Shown here one piece after another: positions 31,227 through 42,000 of a stretch of DNA of 64,000 nucleotides (position 1 is its first letter; each line of letters starts with the position of its first letter). The notes under the pieces were generated by a model. It searched no databases. It saw only the letters and a list, made by a program, of their open reading frames with translations, and was not told the origin of the DNA. The position numbers and the translations under genes were made by a program. The stretch is from an uncultured Gemmatimonadales bacterium (GTDB taxonomy: Bacteria > Gemmatimonadota > Gemmatimonadetes > Longimicrobiales > RSA9), in NCBI GenBank assembly GCA_963816355.1, contig CAWFKH010000001.1, positions 1-64,000 on the forward strand, read 5' to 3'.

Positions 31227-33395
31227 ATGTCCGCGCACGAGGAGGCCCCGCTCACCGACGCTACGACGGCGGACCGTCGCATCGCGGAGATCCTGGGCCG
31301 CATCGACGTGGCGTTCGTCGCGGTCGACAAGGCGTGGACCGTGACCGACGCGAACGCGGCCGCCGCCCGCATGATCTGTGCGGCGCCGGACGTCCCGGCG
31401 GCCCGCCTGGTCGGCGACAACCTGTGGCGGCTGTGGGTGGGCGCGGTCGGCAGCGACCTCGAGCGTGAGTGCCGCGACGCCATGGCGCGCTCCGTTCCGG
31501 TGCGCGTCACGCAGGAGCTGCCGTCCCTGCGCGCGTGGGTCGAGTGCCGCGTCTACCCCGCCGCCGACGGACTCGCGATCTTCGCGCTCGACGTCACCGA
31601 GCGGAAGCGCCGCGAGGCGGAAGACGACTTCCTCGCGGCGACCGCCGACGCGATCGCCGCCGGCGTCGACGACGACGACACGCTGCGCCGGCTCGCCTCG
31701 CTCACGATCCCGTTCCTCGGCGACGCGTGCGTCGTGGACGTCGTCGGCGGCGACGGCAAGATGCGTCGCATCGCCGCAGCCGATGCACGCGGCGGGCGGC
31801 ACGACTTCGCTGCCCGCCTCGGCGGTTCCGTCGACGGCGTCGAAGAGAGCGGCGTCCTCGCGCGCGTGTTCCGCACCGCGGTGCCGCAGATGAGCGGCCC
31901 CTCCACGCCGGATCCGGTCGACCTCCTCGCCACGCGGGAAGACGCGCGCGCCCTGCTGCGGGCCGCGGGGGTGAGCGCGTTCGTGTGCGTTCCGATCCAA
32001 GCTCCGCCTTCGACCTTCGGCACGGTGCTGCTGCTCCGCATCGGGGCCGGCCGGGGTCCCTGCGAGCGCGACCTCGAGTTGGCGCGCGAGGTCGGCCGCC
32101 GCGCCGGCATCGCGGTGCAGCACGCCCGGCTGCACCGGGCCGAGCGCGACGCGCGCGCGCGCGCCGAAGCGGAGGTCGAGCGCAGCAAGCGCCTGCAGGC
32201 GCTCACCGCCGCGCTCTCCGGCGCCCTCGACGCCGCCGCGATCGCACGCGTCGCTCTCTCCGAGATGATGCCCGCGGCCGGCGCGGCCGCCGGCGAGATC
32301 GTGCTCCTCGACGAGCGCGGCGCGGCCCTCGTGACGCTCGCGTCGCGCGGCTTCGGCGAGGACGTGGTGCGGCGCTACGAGCGCTACCCGCTCGACGGCT
32401 CGACCCCCGCGACCGTCGTCGTGCGCACCGGCCGCCCCCTGTTCCTGCCCTCCGCCGCCGAGCTCCAGAGCCGATTCCCCGCGAGCGCGCAACTCGAGCG
32501 CGACGCCGGATACGCGGCCAGCGCGACGCTCCCGCTAGCGGTCGAGGACCGCGCGTTCGGCGCGCTCACGTTGCACTGGACCGAGGACCGCGAATTCGAC
32601 GCCGCCGATCGCGATCTGCTGCTCTCCGCGACCCGCCAGTGCGCGCAGGCGTTCGAGCGCGTCCGACTCTACGAGGCCGAGCGCGTCGCGCGCGCGGAGG
32701 CGGAAGCCGCCAACCGCGCCAAGTCCGAGTTCCTCGCCGTCATGAGCCACGAGCTGCGCACGCCGCTGAACGCGATCGTCGGCTTCACGGAACTGCTGCA
32801 GCTCGGCGTCCGCGGCCCGCTGCGCCCCGAGCAGCAGCAGGACCTGGCCCGCGTGCGCACCGCCGCCGCGCACCTCCTCGGCATCATCAACTCCGTGCTG
32901 AACCAGGCGAAGATCGAGGCGGGCCAGCTCGACTACCACCTCTCCACGTTCCCTCTCGACCCCGTGCTCCGCGAGACCTACGAGCTGGTCGAGCCGCTCC
33001 TCGCCGCCCGGGGCCTCGGCTTCCGCTCGACCGGCCCCGACGACGAGGTGCACGTCCACGCCGACCGCGAGAAGCTCAAGCAGGTGCTGCTCAACCTCCT
33101 CGGCAACGCCGTGAAGTACACCGAGGAGGGCGGGATCGTCGTGACGATCGACACGACCGCGGACGCGGTCCACCTCCGCATCCGCGACTCCGGCATCGGC
33201 ATCTCCGCCTCCAAGCTCGAGCACATCTTCGACGCCTTCGTCCAGGTCGAGCCGTCGATCACCCGCACCCACGAGGGCATCGGCCTCGGCCTCACCATCA
33301 GCCGCGCCCTCGCGCGCGGCATGGGCGGCGACATCCACGCCGAGAGCACCCTCGGCCGTGGCTCCACCTTCACGCTCCGCCTCCGCCGCGCCTGA
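31227..33395 (+). CDS. PAS/GAF/GAF sensor histidine kinase
   Basis: MSHELRTPLNAI, NAVKYT, GIGLGL. Confidence 0.92.
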   Translation: MSAHEEAPLTDATTADRRIAEILGRIDVAFVAVDKAWTVTDANAAAARMICAAPDVPAARLVGDNLWRLWVGAVGSDLERECRDAMARSVPVRVTQELPSLRAWVECRVYPAADGLAIFALDVTERKRREAEDDFLAATADAIAAGVDDDDTLRRLASLTIPFLGDACVVDVVGGDGKMRRIAAADARGGRHDFAARLGGSVDGVEESGVLARVFRTAVPQMSGPSTPDPVDLLATREDARALLRAAGVSAFVCVPIQAPPSTFGTVLLLRIGAGRGPCERDLELAREVGRRAGIAVQHARLHRAERDARARAEAEVERSKRLQALTAALSGALDAAAIARVALSEMMPAAGAAAGEIVLLDERGAALVTLASRGFGEDVVRRYERYPLDGSTPATVVVRTGRPLFLPSAAELQSRFPASAQLERDAGYAASATLPLAVEDRAFGALTLHWTEDREFDAADRDLLLSATRQCAQAFERVRLYEAERVARAEAEAANRAKSEFLAVMSHELRTPLNAIVGFTELLQLGVRGPLRPEQQQDLARVRTAAAHLLGIINSVLNQAKIEAGQLDYHLSTFPLDPVLRETYELVEPLLAARGLGFRSTGPDDEVHVHADREKLKQVLLNLLGNAVKYTEEGGIVVTIDTTADAVHLRIRDSGIGISASKLEHIFDAFVQVEPSITRTHEGIGLGLTISRALARGMGGDIHAESTLGRGSTFTLRLRRA

Positions 33396-33497
33396 AGCCC
33401 CGCGCTGGCATGGCGGTTGCCCCGCAAGGTGCGACCGGAGCCGCGTTCCGGGGCGTCGCCCCGCCGGCTCTCCTGACGACGCGCAACGGAGGTCGCC

Positions 33498-34496
33498 ATG
33501 GCCATCAGCCCCATATCCCGACGGCCCGATCACACGCTCCCGGCCGGCACCCCGGACGTCCGTAGCTGGGAGGTCCGATCCGCGGTCGACGACGAGAGAG
33601 TCGGTACGGTCGACGACATCCTCGTCGACGACGAACGCGACGACGCCCGCTTCCTCGACGTCGACCTCGGGCCGCTTCACGGCCATCGCCTGCTGCCGGC
33701 ACGCCGCACGCGCCCGGACGGCGAGCGCCGCATCCTCTGGGTCGACGGCCTCGCGCGCGACGACCTCGAGAACGCGCCCAAATACGCGCTCGACGGCGAC
33801 GTCGTCCCCGCCGACCACGTCCGCCGCGCCGAGGCCGCCTACGACGCCGCGAGCGAGCGCCGCGCCGCGGAAAGCCGCGAAGCCGCGCGCACGCCCGCCG
33901 GCCGCCCCGCCGCCACCGGCGTCCCCGGCGACTCCCCCGCGCGCCTCGCCCGGCTCGACGACCTCGACGAGTACCGCGTCGCCGGCGGCGACGCCGACCC
34001 GCGCGGCTGGAAGCTCGTCACCATCGAGGCGAAGCCGGTCGGCAAGGTGGCGGAGCTGCTCGTCGACATCGAGGAGCGCAGGGTCCGCTACCTCGACTGC
34101 GACCTCGACGAGAAGACGCTCCGGCTCGAACCGCTCGACCGCCACGTGCTCATCCCCGTCGAGCGCGTCCGCCTCGACCCGCGCCACCACCGCGTCGTCG
34201 TCGACGGACTCCTCGAGCGCGACCTCCGCGACTACCCCGTCTACGGCGGCCTGCCGCTGCGCGGCGAGGACGCGGCTCGCATCCGCGCGGCGTTCGAGGA
34301 CGACGGCGCTGGCGACGCGATCCGGCGCAGGGAGGAAGTGCAGGCGGCGCCGCGCCGCGAGGAGACCGCCGTCGAGGAGCCGGCGAGTGATGAGCGCCGC
34401 CGCGTCGAGGCGGTCCAGCTGCGCGGCGAAGGCGAGGAGGTCCGCATCCATCTGAGCGGCGACGACATCGTGATCGAGAAGCGGCCGCGCACCTGA
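33498..34496 (+). CDS. Tandem PRC-barrel protein
   Basis: DVRSWEV..VGTVDDILVD and DPRGW..VGKVAELLVD. Confidence 0.8.
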   Translation: MAISPISRRPDHTLPAGTPDVRSWEVRSAVDDERVGTVDDILVDDERDDARFLDVDLGPLHGHRLLPARRTRPDGERRILWVDGLARDDLENAPKYALDGDVVPADHVRRAEAAYDAASERRAAESREAARTPAGRPAATGVPGDSPARLARLDDLDEYRVAGGDADPRGWKLVTIEAKPVGKVAELLVDIEERRVRYLDCDLDEKTLRLEPLDRHVLIPVERVRLDPRHHRVVVDGLLERDLRDYPVYGGLPLRGEDAARIRAAFEDDGAGDAIRRREEVQAAPRREETAVEEPASDERRRVEAVQLRGEGEEVRIHLSGDDIVIEKRPRT

Positions 34497-34588
34497 GGCC
34501 GCCACCCGCCGCCGCCCCCGCGGGCGAACGCCGGCCGGCCTCGGGGCGGGTGCGGCGGCGACCATCGAGGAGAGGAGGGATCGAAGAT

Positions 34589-34852
34589 ATGGCAGAGATC
34601 GGCATCGAGCGCCGCCCCCGGCGCAAGCTGTGGCCGTGGCTGCTCGCGCTCGTCCTCATCGTCGTCGCCGTCGTCGCGTTCTGGGCGTGGTACTCCGGTG
34701 GCCTCGGCACGAAGCCGGCCCCCGCCGACGACGTCACCGCGCCGGCGGGCGCGCGGCACCCGGGCGCGGAAGGAGCGCCCGGCGGGGCCGGCGTGCCGGC
34801 CAGGCCCGGCGTAGCGGGACGTTGCCCGCGCGGCGAGCAGGCGCCACCTTGA
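34589..34852 (+). CDS. Small single-pass membrane protein
   Basis: GAGG RBS; MAEIGIERR..WPWLL followed by a TM helix. Confidence 0.65.
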   Translation: MAEIGIERRPRRKLWPWLLALVLIVVAVVAFWAWYSGGLGTKPAPADDVTAPAGARHPGAEGAPGGAGVPARPGVAGRCPRGEQAPP

Positions 34853-34907
34853 GCGCGACATCCGCGCGCTGCGGCGCGCCCCTTCCCGCACCGACACGAC
34901 ACGCCCC

Positions 34908-35489
34908 TTGAGCGACGAACGCGTGCCGCTGCCGCGCCTCGCGGCCGGGATCGACCGCCTCAACGAGTTCGTCGGCACCATGATCCAGTGGCTGGCACTG
35001 GTGATGGTGGGGGTCGGCGCCTACAACGCGCTCGCCCGTTACGCGAGCCGCTGGGCCGGCATGCCGCTCACGTCGAACGCGCTCTTCGACGTGCAGTGGT
35101 ACCTCTTCAGCCTGATCTTCCTGCTCGGCGCCGCCTACGGCCTGAAGCACGACGTCCACGTGCGCGTCGACGTGCTCTACGCGCGGCTCGGCCCGCGGGC
35201 GCAGGCGTGGGTCGACCTCCTCGGCACGCTGCTCTTCCTCCTGCCGTTCTGCGCCCTGATGCTGTGGACGTCGTGGCCGGCCGTGCGCAACTCATGGGCG
35301 ATACGCGAGACCTCGCCCGACCCCGGCGGCCTCGCCCGCTACCCCATCAAGACCGTCCTTCTCGTCTCCTTCGTGCTCCTCCTGCTCCAGGGCCTCTCGC
35401 GGATCCTCCGGACGATCGGCGTGCTGCGCGGCGCCCCGCCGGAGGAGGCGGGCATCGACCGCGCGCACCACCACGGGGAGGGCGTCTGA
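34908..35489 (+). CDS. TRAP transporter small permease (DctQ-like)
   Basis: QWYLF, HVRVDVLY, ETSPDPGGL. Confidence 0.9.
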   Translation: MSDERVPLPRLAAGIDRLNEFVGTMIQWLALVMVGVGAYNALARYASRWAGMPLTSNALFDVQWYLFSLIFLLGAAYGLKHDVHVRVDVLYARLGPRAQAWVDLLGTLLFLLPFCALMLWTSWPAVRNSWAIRETSPDPGGLARYPIKTVLLVSFVLLLLQGLSRILRTIGVLRGAPPEEAGIDRAHHHGEGV

Positions 35490-36790
35490 GCGGCCACGTC
35501 TGGGGCCCCCTCATGTTCGTCGGGGCGCTCGCCCTCATCTTCACCGGCTACCCCGTCGCGTTCGCGCTCGCCGGCACCGCGATGCTCTTCGCGCTGCTCG
35601 GCTCGATCGCCGGCGTGTTCGACCCGGCGCTGCTCAGCGCGATGCCCGAGCGCGCCTTCGGCATCATGTCCAACTACACGCTCCTCGCCGTGCCCTTCTT
35701 CATCTTCATGGGCACCGTCCTGCAGAAGTCCCGCCTCGCCGAGCAGCTGCTCGAGACCATCGGCATCCTCTTCGGCCGCTTCCGCGGCGGCATCGCGCTC
35801 GGCGTCGTCTTCGTCGGCGCGCTGCTCGCGGCCGCCACCGGCGTCGTCGGCGCCTCCGTCACCGCGATGGGCCTCATCTCGCTGCCCGTGATGCTGCGCT
35901 ACGGCTACCGCCGCGAAGCCGCCCTCGGCGTCGTCGCCGCGTCCGGCACCCTCGGCCAGATCATCCCGCCCAGCATCGTGCTGATCGTGCTCGGCGACCA
36001 GCTCGGCGTCTCCGTCGGCGACCTCTTCGCCCACGCGCTCCTGCCCGGCCTCGCGCTCACCGCCCTCTACACGATCTACATCGTCGTGCTGGCGACGACG
36101 CGGCCGCACGCGCTGCCCGCCATGCCCGCCGCCGCGCGCGACGTCCACGGCATCGACCTGCTCCGCCGCGTCGCCTTCTCCCTCGTGCCGCCGCTCTTCC
36201 TCATCCTCGTCGTGCTCGGCAGCATCTTCGCCGGCCTCGCCACGCCCACCGAGGCGGGCGCGCTCGGCGCCATCGGCGCGATGGCCCTCGCGGCGGCGAA
36301 CCGGCGCCTCGACCGCGCCGCGCTCCGCGCCGCCATGCTCGAGACCTCCAGGCTGACCATCATGGTCGTCTTCCTGCTCATCGGCTCGACCGCTTTCTCC
36401 CTCGTCTTCCGCGGCCTCTACGGCGACATCTGGATCGCCGACATGCTCACCGGCCTGCCGGGCGGCGCGCTCGGCTTCCTCATCGCCGTCAACCTCGTCA
36501 TCTTCCTGCTCGGCTTCTTCATCGACTTCTTCGAGATCGCCTTCATCATCGTGCCGCTCATCGTCGCGCCCGCGGCCCAGCTCCACATCGACCTCGTCTG
36601 GCTCGGCATCGTCATCGCGCTCAACCTCCAGACCTCCTTCCTCACGCCGCCCTTCGGCTTCTCGCTCTTCTACCTGCGCGGCGTGACGCCGCCCGAGATC
36701 CCCACGACCTCGATCTACCGCGGCGCCGTGCCGTACATCGCGATCCAGGCGCTGCTGCTCGCGGTCGTGATCGCGCTCGCGCACCCTTGA
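35486..36790 (+). CDS. TRAP transporter large permease (DctM-like)
   Basis: GYPVAFAL, SGTLGQIIPPS, QTSFLTPPFG; start is 35486 (CTG) or 35513 (ATG). Confidence 0.92.
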   Translation: MSGHVWGPLMFVGALALIFTGYPVAFALAGTAMLFALLGSIAGVFDPALLSAMPERAFGIMSNYTLLAVPFFIFMGTVLQKSRLAEQLLETIGILFGRFRGGIALGVVFVGALLAAATGVVGASVTAMGLISLPVMLRYGYRREAALGVVAASGTLGQIIPPSIVLIVLGDQLGVSVGDLFAHALLPGLALTALYTIYIVVLATTRPHALPAMPAAARDVHGIDLLRRVAFSLVPPLFLILVVLGSIFAGLATPTEAGALGAIGAMALAAANRRLDRAALRAAMLETSRLTIMVVFLLIGSTAFSLVFRGLYGDIWIADMLTGLPGGALGFLIAVNLVIFLLGFFIDFFEIAFIIVPLIVAPAAQLHIDLVWLGIVIALNLQTSFLTPPFGFSLFYLRGVTPPEIPTTSIYRGAVPYIAIQALLLAVVIALAHP

Positions 36791-36793
36791 GCG

Positions 36794-36990
36794 CTCGCCG
36801 GGCGGCGAGGGAAGCTCGGCCTGGCGGCGAGGGAAGCTCGGCCTGACGGCCGAGGGAAGCCCGCCTGGCGGCGGGGGAAGCTCGCCTGCGGCGAGGGGGG
36901 CGCCTGGCGGCGCGGAAGCTCGGCCTGACGGCCGAGGGAAGCCCGCCTGGCGGCGGGGGAAGCTCGCCTGCGGCGAGGGGGGCGCCGGAC
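36794..36990 (+). repeat. Array of GGAAG-linked GC hairpins (REP-like)
   Basis: Units of about 20-22 bp with an 82-bp higher-order duplication, between convergent genes. Confidence 0.85.
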
Positions 36991-36999
36991 GGCGTGGGG

Positions 37000-38166
37000 T
37001 CAGGGGGAGGGGCGGGGGAAGGCGAAGGAGGCATAGGAGAGTTCGGGGCGGGCGAAGTAGGCGAAGGCGGTGCGGCGGAAGGCGGACCACTGGTCGTGGA
37101 TCTTGCGGAAGGACGGGTTCTGCGCGGCGAGGTCGCCGAGGACGCTGTCGGCGGCGCGGGCGGACGCTTCCATGACGTCGCGCGGGAACTCCCGCAGCTG
37201 GACGCCCTTCTCGCCGACGAGGCGCTGGAGCGCCTTCGGGTTCGCCTCGTCGTAGCGTGCGAGCATGTCCTGGTTGACCTCGCGCGTCGCGCTCTCGAGC
37301 ACGTGCCGGTAGCCTTCGGGAAGCTGGTCCCAGGCGCGCTGGTTCACCTGCAGCGAGATCGTCGGACCGGGCTCCCACCAGCCCGGGTAGTAGTAGTACT
37401 TCGCGATCTCGTCGAAGCCGAGCTTCTCGTCGTCGTACGGGCCGACCCACTCCGTCGCGTCGATCGCGCCGCGCTCGAGCGCGGGGTAGATGTCACCGCC
37501 GGCGAGCACCTGCACCGTCACGCCCAGGCGGCTCATCACCTCGCCGCCGAGCCCGGGAATCCGCATCCGCAGCCCCTTCAGATCGGCCAGCGAATCCACC
37601 GGACGGCGGAACCACCCGCCCATCTGGCAGCCGGTGTTGCCGCACGGAAAGCTGAGCATGCCGAAGTCGGCGAAGACGTCGCGCAGCAGTTCCATGCCGC
37701 CGCCATGATAGAGCCACGCGGCGCGCTGCCGTGCGTTGAACCCGAACGGCACCCCGGAATCGAACGCCAGCGCCGGGTTCTTCCCGATGTAGTAGTACGA
37801 CGCCGTGTGCCCCGCCTGAACCGTCCCCTGCTGCACCGCGTCCATCACCTGCAGCCCCGGCACCAGCTCGCCGGCCGGATAGACCCGCAGCGTGAAACGG
37901 CCGCCCGTGAGCTGCGCCACCCGCGCCGCCAGCGTCTCCGCGTTGCCGTACAGGATGTCGAGGCCGCGCGGAAAGCTCGATGCGACGCGCCACGTCACGC
38001 TCGGGCCCGCCACCGCGCCCGTCGCTCGCGACGACGCGCCCGCGCCCGGCGATCCCTGGCCGCACGCCGCCGCGACGCCGCTGCCGGCGGCGGCGACGCC
38101 GGTGCCCGCCGCCGCCAGCGCCGCCTTCCCGAGGAAGCTGCGTCGTCCCATCGGTGGATTGCTCAT
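37000..38166 (-). CDS. TRAP substrate-binding protein (TakP/DctP-like), Tat signal
   Basis: RRSFL; GNTGCQMGGWF, EWVGPYDD, YYYPGWWEPG. Confidence 0.92.
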   Translation of the reverse strand: MSNPPMGRRSFLGKAALAAAGTGVAAAGSGVAAACGQGSPGAGASSRATGAVAGPSVTWRVASSFPRGLDILYGNAETLAARVAQLTGGRFTLRVYPAGELVPGLQVMDAVQQGTVQAGHTASYYYIGKNPALAFDSGVPFGFNARQRAAWLYHGGGMELLRDVFADFGMLSFPCGNTGCQMGGWFRRPVDSLADLKGLRMRIPGLGGEVMSRLGVTVQVLAGGDIYPALERGAIDATEWVGPYDDEKLGFDEIAKYYYYPGWWEPGPTISLQVNQRAWDQLPEGYRHVLESATREVNQDMLARYDEANPKALQRLVGEKGVQLREFPRDVMEASARAADSVLGDLAAQNPSFRKIHDQWSAFRRTAFAYFARPELSYASFAFPRPSP

Positions 38167-38220
38167 CGTCGTCCAGCTCCGTACCGTGTCTTTCGAGGGC
38201 CTCGAACCGGGTGCCACCGC

Positions 38221-38761
38221 TTGGTCAAGTCGATCCTGTTACTACGCGGCATCAACGTCGGGGGCAAGAACGTCCTGCCGATGGCCGAGCTCACGCGGGT
38301 GCTCGAATAGCTCGGCGTCGAGGACGTGCGGACGTACATCCAGAGCGGCAACGCGGTCTTCCGCGGACCGGAAGCCGGCGTCGCCCGCGCTGTCGCGGCG
38401 GATCTCGGACGCGATCGAGCGGCGCCGCGGCTTCAGGCCGCACGCCCTGCTGTTGAGCGAGGAGGCGCTGGCGGACGCGATCGCGTCGAACCCGTTTCCG
38501 GATGCGGAGGCCACGCCCCGGACACTCCACGTCTTCTTCCTCGACGCCCGGCCGGTGAACGCCGACGTCGAGTCCCTGGCCGAGCTCCGCGCGCCCTCCG
38601 AGCGCTTCCACCTCGCGGACCGCGCCCTCTACCTCCACGCGCCCGACGGAATCGGCCGCTCCAGACTCGCCGCGAACGTCGAGAAGCGCGTCGGTGTCCC
38701 CGCCACCGCTCGGAACTGGCGCACCGTCCAGAAGCTGTGGGAGATGGCGCAAGCCCCGTGA
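38221..38761 (+). pseudogene. DUF1697 family protein, disrupted
   Basis: LLRGINVGGKN..M..L, then TAG at 38308, then VRTYIQSGNAVF, then a frameshift near 38385, then NPF..TARNWRTV. Confidence 0.85.
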
Positions 38762-39040
38762 GACCGCCGGCTCTCCCCGCCGGCCATCCCCCGGGGCCGC
38801 GCTCCCGGCCGCGCTCCCGGCCGCGCATCCGCCGCGCACCCGCCCCCCATCCGCACGAGGCGCGAGGGGCGGGGCTGATGCCCGCACGAGGCGCGAGGCG
38901 CCGGCCTGATTCCCGCACGCGACACGAGGGGCCCCGGCGGAATCCGCCGGAGCCCCTCGCCCTCTCCCGGGAGCCCCGCGATCTCCAGGGAGCGCCACCG
39001 GAGCCCCCGTAGGCCCCAGCACCCGCAGCCCCCGGACCTG

Positions 39041-42000
39041 CTACCTCTCCGCCCCGCCCTCCTCCCCGCCCTCGGCGTCCTCCGCCGAACCCTGCCCCTT
39101 CACGTGCACCGTCTGCCGCAGCGTCTGGCCACCCGCCGTCAGCACCACCGTGTAGTCCCCGCTGTCCACGGTGCCCGGCCCGCCGCCGAAGCCGCGGAAC
39201 CCGCCGAAGCCCCGGATGCCGGAGCTGCGCAGCGCCTGGAAGATCTCGCGGATCACGTCGGTCGGCACCTCGCCGCCCGCCGCCCCCGCGCCGCCCGCCC
39301 TCGCGGCACCCGCCGCGGCACCCGCCCCCGCAGCCCCGCGTTCCCGCGGCGGCGGCGACTCCGCCGGCCGCGCGACGAACGGCTCCCCCGCCACCACGCC
39401 TTCACCGCGCCCGCCGCCGCCGAAGAAGCGGCGGCCGCCGCCCTCGATCTGCGCGAGCGCGCGGTCCACCATCCGCCGATCCATTCCGGACGACACCAGC
39501 GAGTCCCCGATCTCCTTCAGCCGCACCACCCTCGCCACGCTGTCCCGCTTCTCCGAAGGCGACAGCGGCCCGCGCGGCTCCGGCTTCTTGCGGAAGTCCC
39601 ACGCCACGTGGTGAAGCCCGCGGCTGCCGGGGCCCGTCAGCGTCTGCACCGTGTCGCCCGCCGCGTTCAGGATCGCGATGTGGACCTGCTCCGCCCGCGG
39701 CGGCCGCCGGAATCCACCCGCGCCCGCGGCGCCCGCCCGAGCGCCCGCGACTCCCGCCCGAGCGCCGGCGCCGGCTCGTTCGCCCGCCCCGGCACCGGCT
39801 CGAGCACCCGCGGCGCCCGCCTGGGCGCCCGCGGCCGCGCCCTCGTCCCCGGCCGCGCCGTCGCCCGACAGCTCCGCCGCCGCCGGCGCCAGCGCCTGGG
39901 GCAGCCAGTAGGAGATCGTGGCGCCGTAGTCGGGGCTGGGCGCCTGGAAGAACTGCTGCGCGACCGACTCGCCGCCGATGGGCGGGTCGCCGAACTGGAA
40001 CGCGCTGTCGGGGTCGAAGAGGACCGGCCCGGCGAGGTCCGCCTTCGGCAGCTGCTCGAGAGGCGCGATGCCGACGATCCACAGCGAGCGGCCGTGCGTG
40101 CCGGCGATCAGCTCGTGGTCGCGCGGGTGGATCTTCAGGTCGAAGACGGCGACCGTCGGGAAGTTCTCCATGAACGCCCGCCAGCTCGCGCCCCGGTCGG
40201 TCGACACGTAGACGCCCACGCCCGTGCCGGCGAAGAGCAGGTCGCGGTTGTACGGGTCCTCGCGGATCACCAGCACGAAGTCCGGGCCGCCGGTGGGCAG
40301 ACCCGCGGCGATCGAGCGGAAGCTCCTGCCGCCGTCGTTCGTCACGAAGACGTACGGCTTGAAGTCGTTCGTCGTGTGGCCGTCGAACGTGACGTAGAAC
40401 GTGTTCGCGTCGAAGTGCGACGGCTCGATGCGGCTCACCCACGTGGTGTCCGGCACCAGCCCCTTGAAGCGCGGCGTCAGGTTCGTCCAGTGGCCGCCGT
40501 CGTCCGGCGAGAGCCAGACGTTGCCGTCGTCGGTGCCCGCGTAGAGCAGGCCGCGCGTCACCGGCGACTCCGCGAGCGCCGTGATCGTCGCGTACGTCTC
40601 GGCGCCGGTCACGTCCGGCGTGATGCCGCCGGTCGTCGCCGTGCTGACCCGGATCTTCGCCGTGTCGCGCTTGCTCAGGTCCGGCGAGATCACGATCAGC
40701 GTGTCGCCCCGGTTCGGCGACTTCAGCACCTTGTTCGCGCCGACGTAGAGCACGTGCGGGTCGTGCGGCGAGAGGAAGAACGGCGTGTCCCAGTTGAAGC
40801 GCAGCGCGCTGTCCACCGAGTCCGCGAACTGGCGCGCGCGCAGCTCGGCCAGGTGCTTCTTCACCGCCGCCGGCGGCGGCGACGTCGTATCGCCGCGCTC
40901 CACGACGATCGAGTCCTCGTACTCGCGGTAGCGGTCCTCCCACCCCGGCTTGCGCAGCCGCTTCGACTCGCCGCTCGCCATGTTCACGCGCACCACGTTG
41001 CCGCCCTGCGACTCCGCGTAGACCGTGTTCGCGTCCGTCGGGTCCTGCGCCGTGTAGAAGCCGTCGCCTCCCGCGATCGTCGCCCACATGTAGTTGTCCA
41101 GCATGCCGCGCTGCCGCCGGCTCGGCCCACACCACGAGCCGTTGTCCTGCAGCCCGCCGCACACCCGGTACGGCGTCCCCATGTCGAAGCTGATCGCGTA
41201 GAACTGGCCGATCGGCAGGATGTTCACGTACTCGTAGTTGCCGCCGCGGTCGAACGTCTGCGCCACGCCGCCGTCGTTGCCGACGATGAAGTGCTCCGGG
41301 TCCGTCGGATCGATCCACATCGCGTGGTCGTCCACGTGCACGCCGTTCGTCCCCGTGCGCACCGTCTTGCCGCCGTCGTCGGAAAACTGGAACGGCGTCG
41401 ACGACCAGTAGATCCGGTTCGGATCCTTCGGGTCGACCCTCACCTGCGAGTAGTAGAACGGGCGGTTGTTCCGGTCGTTCATCTTCGCCCACGTCGCGCC
41501 GCCGTCGCCCGAGCGGTAGAGGCCCGACTCGTTCGGCGCCTCCTTCGTCTTCCCCGCCGCCTCGACCAGCGCGTATACGACGTCGCGGTCGCTGGGCGCG
41601 ATGGCGATCCCGATCCGGCCCTTCATCCCCTCCGGGAATCCGCCCCCCTTCACCTCCGCCCACGTGGCGCCGGCGTCCGTCGACTTCCACAGCGCGCCGC
41701 CGGGGCCGCCGCTGTTCAGGAAATACGGCCCGCGCACCCGCTGCCAGCTCGAGGCGAAGACCACGTCCGGATTCGCCGGGTCCAGCGCGACGTCGACGAA
41801 GCCGGCCTTGTCGCTCACGAACTTGCTCTTCTTCCACGTGCGGCCGCCGTCCGTCGTCTTGTACAGGCCGCGCTCCGGGTTCGCGCCCCACGCGTGACCC
41901 AGCGCCGCCACGTAGACGACGTCCGCATCGCGCGGATCGACCACGATGCGGCCGATCTGCTGCGTCGCCTCCAGCCCCATCGACTGCCACGTCAGCCCGC

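Noticed and set aside
38308..38310. Pyrrolysine or amber readthrough in the DUF1697 gene
   Set aside because: A frameshift follows, the position is not evidently catalytic, and no pyl genes are seen.
38770..39040. Short duplications between convergent genes (gccgcgctcccg x2, cgcacgaggcgcgagg x2)
   Set aside because: Only two copies of each, consistent with local slippage, with no further structure.
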